Of a stretch of 36,867 nucleotides of DNA, positions 12,173 through 22,598 are shown piece by piece. This DNA comes from Macrostomum lignano (taxonomy: Eukaryota), in NCBI GenBank assembly GCA_002269645.1, contig NIVC01003565.1, positions 1-36,867 of the forward strand, read 5' to 3'. Below the pieces are notes generated by a model, which searched no databases, was not told where the DNA came from, and saw only the letters and a program-made list of their open reading frames with translations. How positions within the stretch are numbered: the stretch's first letter is position 1; every line of letters starts with the position of its first letter. The position numbers and the translations under genes were made by a program.

Positions 12173-12250
12173 TGGGTAATGCAACGAGATTCGAACCTCT
12201 GACCTTTCGGTTTAGCACCGAACTGAACCCGTTTAACCCGCGCGCTACCC
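12173..12250 (-). pseudogene. tRNA-Asn-like relic or tRNA-derived SINE head
   Basis: The minus strand reads GGGTAGCGCG...TTCGG-TGCTAAA-CCGAA-AGGTC-AGAGGTTCGAATCTC...TACCCA. It has a 5-bp anticodon stem TTCGG/CCGAA followed by AGGT as in tRNA-Asn, and a B-box GGTTCGAATC. The T-stem is misaligned. Confidence 0.5.
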
Positions 12251-12263
12251 ACCGGCCTCTCAC

Positions 12264-12747
12264 CGTTCATCTCGTTGCGAATGAACTCCACTGGGAAGGG
12301 CGAGGTGAACTGGAAGAACCGCAGCTGCTCCTCCGCGGTGCCGAACCCCGGCTCCGGCGGCGAGATCCGGTAGCCGCTGAGCCGCAGCATCTCCATGGTG
12401 ACGGCCATCATAGCCGGGCTGCACTGGAACTTGAAGTGCCTCGGGTTGATGCACAGCTCGTCCTCGCAGCGGTGCACCAGCAGTCCGGTGTCCGTGCTGT
12501 CCATGGGCACGCCGTGGAACAGGATCGCCACCAGGGTGTCCAGGCGCCACACCTTGTCGGAGCCGCGCAGGCCGTCAATTCGCTTCATCTTGCCTTTGCC
12601 GTCCGGCAGCGTCAGCACGCAGCGGGAGTCGTCGCCGCTGTCCAGCCAGACGCGGACGAAGGCCTCGCGGTGCTCCTCCTGGATCTCTTTGAATATCTTC
12701 TTCAAGAGGCTGGCCACGATGTCGGCCAGCTCCGTGTCCGACATCAC
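12264..12747 (-). CDS. NFI: NFI-like DNA-binding/dimerisation (MH1-like) domain exon
   Basis: VASLLKKIFKEIQEEHREAF...CVLTLPDGKGKMKRIDGLRGSDKVWRLD...ILFHGVPMDSTD...CEDELCINPRH aligns to NFI [20 protein letters not shown]...[28 protein letters not shown]...ILFKGIPLESTD...CSNPGLCVQPHH. Acceptor cctag|GTG (phase 0), donor AAC G|gtgag (phase 1). Confidence 0.93.
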
Positions 12748-12837
12748 CTAGGAAGCAGAAAATCGGGTTTGGGGCTGAGTTTGCGACACCGTCACGCAAT
12801 AATGCGGCCCGCTCCGCCGTCGCCTTGGAAGTGCACA

Positions 12838-13277
12838 AGCACAGGCACAGGCACAGAGAACAGACAACAGGCACAGACAACAGGCACAGACAACAGACAA
12901 CAGGCACAGACACCAACAACAGGCGCAGACAACAGACAACAGACAACAGGCACAGACAACAGGCACAGACAACAGGCACAGGCACAGACAACAGACAACA
13001 GGCACAGATACAGACAACAGGCACAGATACAGACAACAGGCACAGATACAGACAACAGGCACAGACACAGACAACAGGCACAGACACATAAAACAGGCAC
13101 AGACACAGACAACAGGTACAGACACAGACAACAGGCACAGACACAGACAACAGGCACAGACACATAAAACAGGCACAGACACAGACAACAGGCACAGACA
13201 CAGACAACAGGCACAGACACAGACAACAGGCACAGACACAGACAACAGGCACAGACACAGACAGCAGAGACAACAGA
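12838..13277. repeat. ~19-bp CA/AG-rich minisatellite (ACAGGCACAGACACAGACA), NFI intron
   Basis: Tandem copies are visible; the Cys/Val-rich ORFs over it are repeat translations. Confidence 0.95.
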
Positions 13278-14096
13278 CTTGGGCACAGTGGCTCTAAACT
13301 TGTCATTGTCAGGAGTGCAAGTGATTAAATTTGACTGATTTGAATCTGACATCCGACGACTGACCATCCTAAGGATCCGGAACTGAGACCGACCCCTCTT
13401 ACACGGTGTATCGATAATATCGGTAAATAATTATTTGCTGTGCGGCATCTTTCGCGAAAAGAAGTGCCACTAAATAGTAATAAGTCCGCCTCATTTCTGG
13501 GGATAGATCAGTTAGCTGCAGAAGAATCCCTGAACAGGATGAGGCGGCTGCTGAAACCACCCTGCCCTAATAATTCAGGCATAAGATGGAGGCAGTAAAT
13601 GGCCGAATAAATCACAGCGAGCCCGCGGGTTGTCTGCTTCAGAAGCAGCAGCCGAGCTGGCGGCTTTGGTAGGACAGAAATGTCACCGGCCCCGTGTTTG
13701 AAAAAACGTAAATGCCCGGATATGTTAGTTAGGGGCGGGGGGGGGGTCGGGAAGGCAACAAGGGATTCTTATAAGAATTGACAGAGTGGGTGGGCAGTCC
13801 AGACTTCCTAAACATCTGCGGTCATAAATTTGCTGGCGCTGCTGGGCGGGGGCTGCCGCATCGCCAGCTGATCAATTATGCGACTCCGACCGGCTCTGCC
13901 AGCGGGCGCGGCGCCCCCATTAGCTGCAGCCATCGGAATTTTCGATGGGGATCTCTTCTCCCCCCTGCAGATCGGGGATGCCAAGAAGCCCCCCCCCCCC
14001 CCTGTCTCATTCGCTTGAATTTTTGCGCGGCAGTTTAGCGAGAGTTTTCCAAGAAATTGCAGCTAAACGTGCAGGCCTTCAAGGCATTTATGGGGC

Positions 14097-14897
14097 GATT
14101 TGAGCATGGAGGGGGTCACTGCTGCAGATTTGAGCATGGAGGGGGTCACTGCTGCAGATTTGAGCATGGAGGGGGTCACTGCTGCAGATTTAAGCATGGA
14201 GGGAGGGTCACTGCTGCCGATTTGAGCATGGAGGGGGTCACTGCTGCAGATTTGAGCATGGAGGGGGTCACTGCTGCAGATTTGAGCATGGAGGGGGTCA
14301 CTGCTGCAGATTTGAGCATGGAGGGGGTCACTGCTGCAGATTTGAGCATGGAGGGGGTCACTGCTGCAGATTTGAGCATGGAGGGGGTCACTGCTGCAGA
14401 TTTGAGCATGGAGGGGGTCACTGCTGCAGATTAGAGCATGGAGGGGGTCACTGCTGCAGATTTGAGCATGGAGGGGGTCACTGCTGCAGATTTGAGTATG
14501 GAGGGGGGTCACTGCTGCAGATTTGAGCATGGAGGGGGTCAGTGCTGCAGATTTGAGCATCGAGGGGGTCATCTCTGAAGCTTTAAGCATGGAGGGGTCA
14601 TCTCTGAAGCTTTAAGCATGGAGGGGTCATCTCCGAATATTTAAGCATGGAGGGGGTCAGTGCTGCAGATTTGAGCATCGAGGGGGTCATCTCTGAAGCT
14701 TTAAGCATGGAGGGGTCATCTCTGAAGCTTTAAGCATGGAGGGGTCATCTCCGAATATTTAAGCATGGAGGGGTCATCTCCGAATATTTAAGCATGGAGG
14801 GGGTCATCTCCGAATATTTAAGCATGGAGGGGTCATCTCCGAATATTTAAGCATGGAGGGGGTCATCTCCGAATATTTAAGCATGGAGGGGTCATCT
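14097..14897. repeat. 29-30-bp minisatellite (GATTTGAGCATGGAGGGGGTCACTGCTGCA and derived variants), NFI intron
   Basis: Tandem copies are visible, and the unit sequence changes stepwise from left to right. Confidence 0.97.
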
Positions 14898-14942
14898 GAC
14901 CTTCAAGGAACCGAATTAGCTAAAACAAAGGCAAGCCCTCAC

Positions 14943-15275
14943 CATGGCGGCATCAGAGGCCTCCCTGAGCCTGGCATAGTCTGACGGCTTAAAGATTCGC
15001 TTCTTCTCCTTCTTCTTCTTGCCTGTGCGGATGTGCGACACCGCCCGGTACCAGCGGCCGCCCATGCGGCGCACGCGGTTCATGCACAGCAGGATGACGA
15101 TGTTCTCGCCGAACCTGCGCGACTGTCGGCTGCCGCGCTGCTGGGAAGCCAGGCTCTGCTGCTGCTGCTGGGAGCCGCCGGCCGACCCCGAAGACGAGGC
15201 CGCAGCAGCCGCTTGATGATGCTGAGCGCCGCCGTAGGCCACGGAGTCCAGCGGTTGAGGAGACTGGGCTCCCAT
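14943..15275 (-). CDS. NFI: NFI-like exon carrying the N-terminal helical part of the DNA-binding region
   Basis: LLCMNRVRRMGGRWYRAVSHIRTGKKKKEKKRIFKPSDYARLRE aligns weakly to NFI [41 protein letters not shown]. Acceptor ttttcag|ATG and donor ATG|gtgag are both phase 0 and join in frame to the 12747 exon. Confidence 0.85.
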
Positions 15276-15477
15276 CTGAAAAGTGAAAGGAACTGCTGTC
15301 ACAATGTCAGAACAGGGCGGTTTTTTACCGCATCACCGCGTCCAATTCCGAATTCGATTGAAGATGAACAGAATTGAAAATTTAACAATCAAATTTGATT
15401 TAATTCTGTAATTTTATCACATCTCCATCACTCATTCGTTATTTAAACCTGCGATCTCAAAGACTCTTTGATTTATC

Positions 15478-16072
15478 CTGTGATCTAACCGACTCTGTGA
15501 TCTGCCTGACTCTGTGATCTGCCTGACTCTGTGATCTGCCTGACTCTGTGATCTGCCTGACTCTGTGATCTGCCCGACTCTGTGATCTGCCTGACTCTGT
15601 GATCTGCCTGACTCTGTGATCTGCCTGACTCTGTGATCTGCCCGACTCTGTGATCTGCCTGACTCTGTGATCTGCCTGACTCTGTGATCTGCCTGACTCT
15701 GTGATCTGCCTGACTTTGTGACCTACCCGACTCTGTGATCTACCCGACTCTGTGATCTGCCTGACTCTGTGATCTGCCTGAATCCTGTGATCTGCCTGAC
15801 TCTGTGATCTACCTGACTCTGTGATCTGCCTGACTCTGTGATCTGCCTGACTCTGTGATCTGCCTGACTCTGTGATCTGCCTGACTTTGTGACCTACCCG
15901 ACTCTGTGATCTACCCGACTCTGTGATCTGCCTGACTCTGTGATCTGCCCGACTCTGTGATCTACCTACTCTGTGATTTACCTACTCTGTGATCTGCCTG
16001 ACTCTGTGATCTACCTGACTCTGTGATCTGCCTGACTCTGTGATCTGCCTGACTCTGTGATCTACCGGACTC
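15478..16072. repeat. 17-bp minisatellite (CTGTGATCTGCCTGACT), NFI intron
   Basis: About 35 tandem copies with scattered variants. Confidence 0.97.
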
Positions 16073-16280
16073 TTATCTGCATGGACCTGTTCCTATGATG
16101 TACTTAAACTTGCATGCTACGGCTCGTAAATAATCTGCTATGCAAGTTGCGATCTACTCGTACTACAAGTAGTATTCGTGCTTCCTCGTCCGTGAGAAAC
16201 CATCTCTCTCTCTCTAATCTCCATCTCTTCGCCTCTTCCCTCCGATCTGTGGGGAGAGGCCGGCCCTTCAGCGAACTCAC

Positions 16281-16562
16281 GGCAGCCAGGAAGCAGTGGC
16301 CCTGCAGCCGGGCCAGCGGCGACGCTGAGGACAGCAGATTCGCCGCAGCGGCCGCGGCCGCCGATGGACTCAAGAACGGCGGGAGGCCGGCGGGCGGGCA
16401 GCCATGGAGACCGGCGGCCAGCAGCTGCCTGACGGGATGGCAGTGCGGCAGGAACCTCTGCTGCCGCTGCCGCTGGGAAGACAGAAAAGCGGCAGCGGCC
16501 GCAGACTCCGACATCAACGGAAACAAAGAAGGAGGCGGCAGCATGTCGGATCTGTGAAACAT
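16281..16562 (-). CDS. NFI: NFI-like, probable first major coding exon (MFHRSDMLPPPSLFPL..., Ala/Pro-rich); true start uncertain
   Basis: ATG at 16562 has an in-frame TGA directly upstream, and there is a second ATG at 16544. Donor GCC|gtgagt is phase 0 and fits the next exon. Acceptors are present at 16648/16644 and 16551. Confidence 0.6.
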
Positions 16563-17306
16563 TCAGACAGAGTTCAGCCTGACTGGAGGTGTCTGACGAG
16601 CCGGTGCGGGCCTCCGCCGCCTTATGTACCCGGCCCAGCGCCTTCTGTCTTGCAAAAGAAAAAAACGAAGCACGAACGGTAGAGGCCAATGCGGTGGTAG
16701 CGGCGGCAGATGAAGCTAGTGAAGATGCTGGGTGCGCCAGCCAATGGGGGAGCTGCTGATGGGCGGTAAAGCTGAGGGCATCCAGCCCCATCACAGGGTA
16801 ATTAGCCCAGAACCAGGCGGAACCGAGTCTCCGATCGTGTCGCGTGATCCGGGATTGACATGAAGAAGCGGTTCGAAAGTGGCGAATTTGACAGCCAGAC
16901 CCGGCCGTTGAAAAAGTTGGCGATGCATTTCAAGGACGGATTTTCCTTCGCTTAAAAAAGTGAAGAATGAAAAAAACTGCAACTCTGGATACCCCAGAGC
17001 ATTCTTCACTGTCAAGTTGAGTTCCAATTAGATTCGCTCAGGTGAATCAGTTGAAAAACTTCAGCTTCATAATGCGCTTGAGCACGACAGCCCGAATCTG
17101 GGCTGCAGCTCTCCCAGCTGGTCTCCTTTGTTCACCTCTGGCTGACTTCGAGCAGGGAGCCGTGCAGACTGGGCCAATGTTAAAGTAAAAGTTATAAGCA
17201 GCTTTTAACATTGTTGGATCCTGCGATCTTACTGTGGTCTCCCTGTTCTGGCTCCCCGAACTTCTCGTGATCTCCCGAGATCACGGGAGAACTTCTCGAG
17301 ATCCTC

Positions 17307-17945
17307 GTCCCTGTGATCTCCCCGTCCCTGTGATCTCCCCGTCCCTGTGATCTCCCCGTCCCTGTGATCTCCCCGTCCCTGTGATCTCCCCGTCCCTGTG
17401 ATCTCCCCGTCCCTGTGATCTCCCCGTCCCTGTGATCTCCCCGTCCCTGTGATCTCCCCGTCCCTGTGATCTCCCCGTCCCTGTGATCTCCCCGTCCCTG
17501 TGATCTCCCCGTCCCTGTGATCTCCCCGTCCCTGTGATCTCCCCGTCCCTGTGATCTCCCCGTCCCTGTGATCTCCCCGTCCCTGTGATCTCCCCGTCCC
17601 TGTGATCTCCCCGTCCCTGTGATCTCCCCGTCCCTGTGATCTCCCCGTCCCTGTGATCTCCCCGTCCCTGTGATCTCCCCGTCCCTGTGATCTCCCCGTC
17701 CCTGTGATCTCCCCGTCCCTGTGATCTCCCCGTCCCTGTGATCTCCCCGTCCCTGTGATCTCCCCGTCCCTGTGATCTCCCCGTCCCTGTGATCTCCCCG
17801 TCCCTGTGATCTCCCCGTCCCTGTGATCTCCCCGTCCCTGTGATCTCCCCGTCCCTGTGATCTCCCCGTCCCTGTGATCTCCCCGTCCCTGTGATCTCCC
17901 CGTCCCTGTGATCTCCCCGTCCCTGTGATCTCCCCGTCCCTGTGA
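17307..17945. repeat. Essentially perfect 17-bp minisatellite (GTCCCTGTGATCTCCCC), about 37 copies
   Basis: I saw no variant unit inside the array; degenerate units flank both ends. Confidence 0.98.
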
Positions 17946-20900
17946 TATCTCCCATCTCTGTGATCTTCCCGATCTTTAATCATTTAACGCCTTAATAGTG
18001 AATCAGGGTTTCTCATTCTTATTTTTAGCCATAAACATTAAACAAGTGTTCGTTTCTCAATCGAATTAACAGCCAACATCCTCCACTACCAGCCCCTTGT
18101 AAAATCAAAATTTGAAATCATAAACCTTGATAAAGCCTAGATAATAGCAGAAACATGGACTCACACTCAGCTATGCTTTTGGACACCATATATGCTTTTA
18201 ACTAGCCTTTTAACTAGCCTTTTATGATTATTAAAAAGTGCCAAAAGCATTGACATCACACCCATTTAATTCGCGCCATACTCAAATACAAAAAATATAA
18301 GGATATTCAAATGAAATAAAAACATTTAGTTTTAGTGTTTGTTTATTTGTTTGCCTAGTTTTAGTTTATTTAGTTTTTTTAATTAAATTTAGTTTACTTT
18401 AGTTAAAGTTTCTGTCTTTTGATTATAAAAAACAGAACTATTCATTTTTATATTTGAAAAGCTAAACTATACCTACTATTTTCTTATCGTCACTAATAAG
18501 ATAAGATTCTTAATGTTAAATGACTAAAGTTAGCAAAGTTAAAAATTGACAAAACATATCATCACCGTCAATGATTTTTATATTCAATTGCAGATTTTAA
18601 TAAATGGAATTAGTAAAGTATGAAAATTTTATTACGTTGTTAATATTTGAGAAGTGTCCTTTTTCCCTCTATTTCGGATGGAAAATTCACATGAGTGACA
18701 TTAATAAGTAATAATTATTAATATGAATATCATATCCTGTAGCCTACGATTTAGCACAAAAAATTTCTATTTAATGTAAAAACTAACCAGTAACCATCCT
18801 TAAGATCAATAAAAATGGTATTCTGCATTTGAGATCCTTTACAATCCAAAAATATAACCATATTTGTGAACTAAGTATGATTTGAAATTCATCGAAAAAA
18901 TCAAGAAGGATATATTTTTTGATATATAATGTTTCAATATTTTTTCATTTTCATATTTTCTATTTCATTACATTATTTTTGCGAGCTAGACTCAATACAA
19001 ATTTTTGTCTGCTGTTTTTTTATAAAAATGGAAAAGTCAATTAATGAATAATAGAATTTTTTAATCTTTCATATGTTTCATTTTTTATTCAAATAAATTT
19101 AAGTTCTTTACTCCAACACGATTTTATGCAACTTGTTGTCTATTTTGGCTAGAAGGAAGGATGAAACATTAAAGCAGTATATAAAGTACATTATATTCAC
19201 GAAAGTCAAAATGCTACCATGGATGCTCAATATAAATTTTTGGTGAAAGAGAGAAGTCTCCGACTAACCCACAATGAACTTGACGAAGAAAACAAAGACT
19301 CAAAAGAACTACAAAAAGTTGATTGATTGATAGAACCTGCCAGAGTTTTGGCACTGTTATTTGCCTAACTCAAATGCAAGACACGAAGCATCATTAACTC
19401 ATTTTAACAAAACGAGTTTTTTAATTATCAGCTGTAGCAAATTTATACGTTTTGGCGCATGTGTGATATACTTTAAGTTACTCAGTTTAATTTGATCTAA
19501 AATTTTGAGAATTTTGCAAAACATTGACGAGCTTCTATTTATTTATCGCGCGCAACTATGAAGCAGTGTTCAGAGAGTTCATTATAACGATATAAACGTG
19601 TTTTCGCTTTATAGTTTTGCTTTATACTTGCTATAATTTTATAGCAAGTACACTATTCGTAAATTGTGCTGATATTAGAAGGAATTGGCAGCTTCGAGGT
19701 GATGACCATGAGAGCTATAGACTAAGTGTACAGCTGTAGTTGAGGATTCCATCAGTTGAGGTTTCGCCCAACTGTACTAGAGGCAAGGACTACAGCTAGA
19801 CTAGACAGTACTACTAGACTATAAGGAAGTGTTCCTAGTGGTACTTAACTCGAGGCTTGATCAGCGAAAGTATAAAAATCACTACAACAGCTGGAGTGCA
19901 GTCCATACCCAAGCAACAGGCGTTCGCATGCTTTTGTTAATATGTTAGTATTTTATTTTATTCTCTGTTTCCTACCGTTACAGTAGAACCATTCTTTTCA
20001 ATAGTTATTTTTAAAGCATACTCAGCATGTGTTTCGTGTCAACATTAGTTAGACTTAAGCCAATTAAACTGCATGTAATCTGGAGCATGCAACACTTGTT
20101 TTATGGATTACTTTGCTTTATACGACTTATATTTAGATAGTTGATTATAGCTAGATAGAGATATTTTAAGATATAGCTAATGATACACTTTATCATGCAT
20201 TAATTTGGTTGCTTTCATAACTTTAAAATATATTATACACTTTGGATTTTATATATTTCAAGCTTAAATGGCCTCAAAAGCTTTTGAAAAACAAAAGGAT
20301 TGCTTTATTGTTGTTTCCGTTTTACATTTATATTCTGCACTTATTTAACTAGATTTAGTTGCTTTTTGTTTGAAAATAATGGTAATCCAAATCCTTTTAC
20401 TTTTCACTTTTTTCAACTCGGTCAGAATTGTAAACAGGTATACTTTCGTGTGCTTTTGCGGCTTTTTCTTTTATGCTTAATCACTCGTTAATTTAAGTTG
20501 CTCTTTCATTACACTCTTATGTATCTCTTTGTTCTTAAATTATTTTTTATAAATAAAAATTGCAGTTCATTTATCAGAACTCCATTTTCGACAACGTTCC
20601 TACGAGCTAGCATTTTGATGCATAAACTGACCAATATTTGTATTGATTTTGCCTGTGATGTTGCCGTTGTGACGTTGTGTGACGTTGCCAGTTTAAGGTG
20701 GTCCCGAAAAGGGCCGTTGGACTGCTGTTTCTCTATAGTTTTAACTAAACTTTTCCATTCGTTTATTGCGACGTTTACTTGTAGTAGTGCCCAACGATTT
20801 TGTGGCAATTTCTAATTCACTGTATATTTTGCTATCCTCTCTCGCGACCGTATAAAATTGGCACGATCGATAATTTTAAGTTCTCTCGCCAGCCAATGAA

Positions 20901-21084
20901 AACCACTCGTGCTTCGCGCTACCCCCCTCTGCGCTCCTTTATTAAACCCCCCGCCTGGCGGCGGGCACTCCACTTTTCTCTCTCCTCTCTCTCTCTCGCT
21001 CTCTCTCTCCGTCTGTCCTTGGCCTTGTGTGTTTTTGCGGCCTTGTTTTCCTTCTCTCTGTCTGGCTGCCTCGAGCCTCCTTAC

Positions 21085-21317
21085 CTCACGCCACGACTGA
21101 CGCCAACTTCGCCACTGCTCATCCGCCTGCCTACTACGCCTCACTGCCTTCACTGTACTCATTGCCATTGATCATCACGTTACGTCGACATTACATCACT
21201 CGTCTGTCGCTTGAACTCACATCCAATTTATCTTAAAAGAAACTATTGTTGCAGCCGCCAGTGCCCAGAAAGCCATAGTTTGTTATTTGCCAGTAACAAC
21301 CAAACTTACTATTTATA
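21085..21317 (-). promoter_or_regulatory. Candidate NFI promoter and first exon (TATAAATA at 21317-21310; donor GAG|gtaagg at 21085/21084)
   Basis: A TATA box and a strong donor face the NFI gene, followed by a GA-rich tract. ATG at 21122 gives 38 nt (phase 2) that join in frame to the 16551 acceptor. Inference only; there is no transcript evidence. Confidence 0.4.
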
Positions 21318-22598
21318 TTGATTTAAACAATAAAAACGACTACGGCAGTTTCCTGCCCTTATTGCCAAGTGCTCCGCTACACCAACCACTTCGCCTAAGT
21401 TGACTTCAACTTATTTTGGGACTAAAACGGCCCTTTTAAGGGTCACGGCCAACATCAAATAACGTGACACTATACTTTATTTACTAAAAGCCACTTCAGC
21501 CTTAGATGGGCTCAGCTAACGTTCCTTCTGGGTTATTCGATGTAATTAAAGCCTTATGACAATTAAGTATGCTTGCATGAATAAACGAATCCGCGGAACC
21601 TACATATATGTACATGTATGGTTAGTCCTGTTCCTGTACCAGTCTGCAGTTAGCATTGCGTTATTACAGCGTATTTTCTGTTACAAAAGGCGCGTATTTT
21701 GTGCGTTCGCTTACGCGCGTACAGAATTACCAAAAAATGCGCGTAAAACGCGCGTACCTGTTGCTTGGGATTGAGTAGATGATCTATATATAGCGCTTGT
21801 ATACGAGTATGAGAAAAATCCGACCTTCTGGCAGAATTTTTTAATACCTCAACGGGACTAGAGGGCTAGCGGAATGGGTGGCGCTCGCCTCTCCACTGTG
21901 TCTTCGGACTACCCTGGGGTCCAGAGGGCTGGCAAGAAGCGCAGTGAAAAATGTTCAGGCGGAATCCTGGTAGTTCTACAGTTAAATTCACTGCCAAATT
22001 GACAAGCCAGGCTCTTGATTCACGGTTGGATCCCATAGATTGTACTTCCGTACATGTACATGTACGCTCGTTCATGTCGATGTACATTTATGTACATAAA
22101 CTGATAGCTCTATCTAATTTCTATAATATTCTTCATAGTAAATTTAGCACAAAAAGTATCGAACAACATCTTTTACAGCCAATAAAATATTTTGCTTGAA
22201 GATTTAATGTTTTACTCTGATGTATGCGGCCAATTATCTGTAGGACAAAGGGTTCTTACATGCATTCAGTAAATTTCTTTATTGATAGAATCTCGTGCTC
22301 ACAATGATTATTGTTAGAACCAGCTACGTATATTTCATTGAATTATTGCATCATATGAGTATCCCACCCGCTTTCGCATGTACATGTAAACAATATGAAT
22401 AGAACCAAACTAACGGATAGGCTACAGAAGCGAACAATTAAGAAAGAATTCATAACACCCTGAAATAATTGCATGTACACTAAATTAAAAAACGCTTAAA
22501 AAGTAAAAGAAGCTTAGGCTGACATGCCAAAATTGACATGCTAATAGGAAAAGCAGAAAAACTCAATTCTGATACAATCGGGTGAGCAAGCGTGCAGG

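Noticed and set aside
16138-17027. uORF chain with TGATG stop-start overlap at 16793-16789 and a 217-aa alternative-frame ORF (MGLDALSF...)
   Set aside because: I found no donor that puts it in frame with NFI and no evidence that the region is exonic; the strong acceptor at 16649 suggests it is intron or outron.
18660-19400. Decayed hAT-like transposase in AT-rich DNA (FTPTRF, LIEPARVLALLF)
   Set aside because: There are only two short resemblances in different frames, many stops and no TIRs; too weak without a BLASTX hit.
6100-21500. NFI autoregulatory TTGGC(N5)GCCAA sites
   Set aside because: By eye I found only half-sites and no full consensus.
21860-21930. Third tRNA-derived SINE head (gctagcggaatgggtggcgctcgcctc)
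   Set aside because: An A-box-like start is present, but there is no B-box or cloverleaf support.
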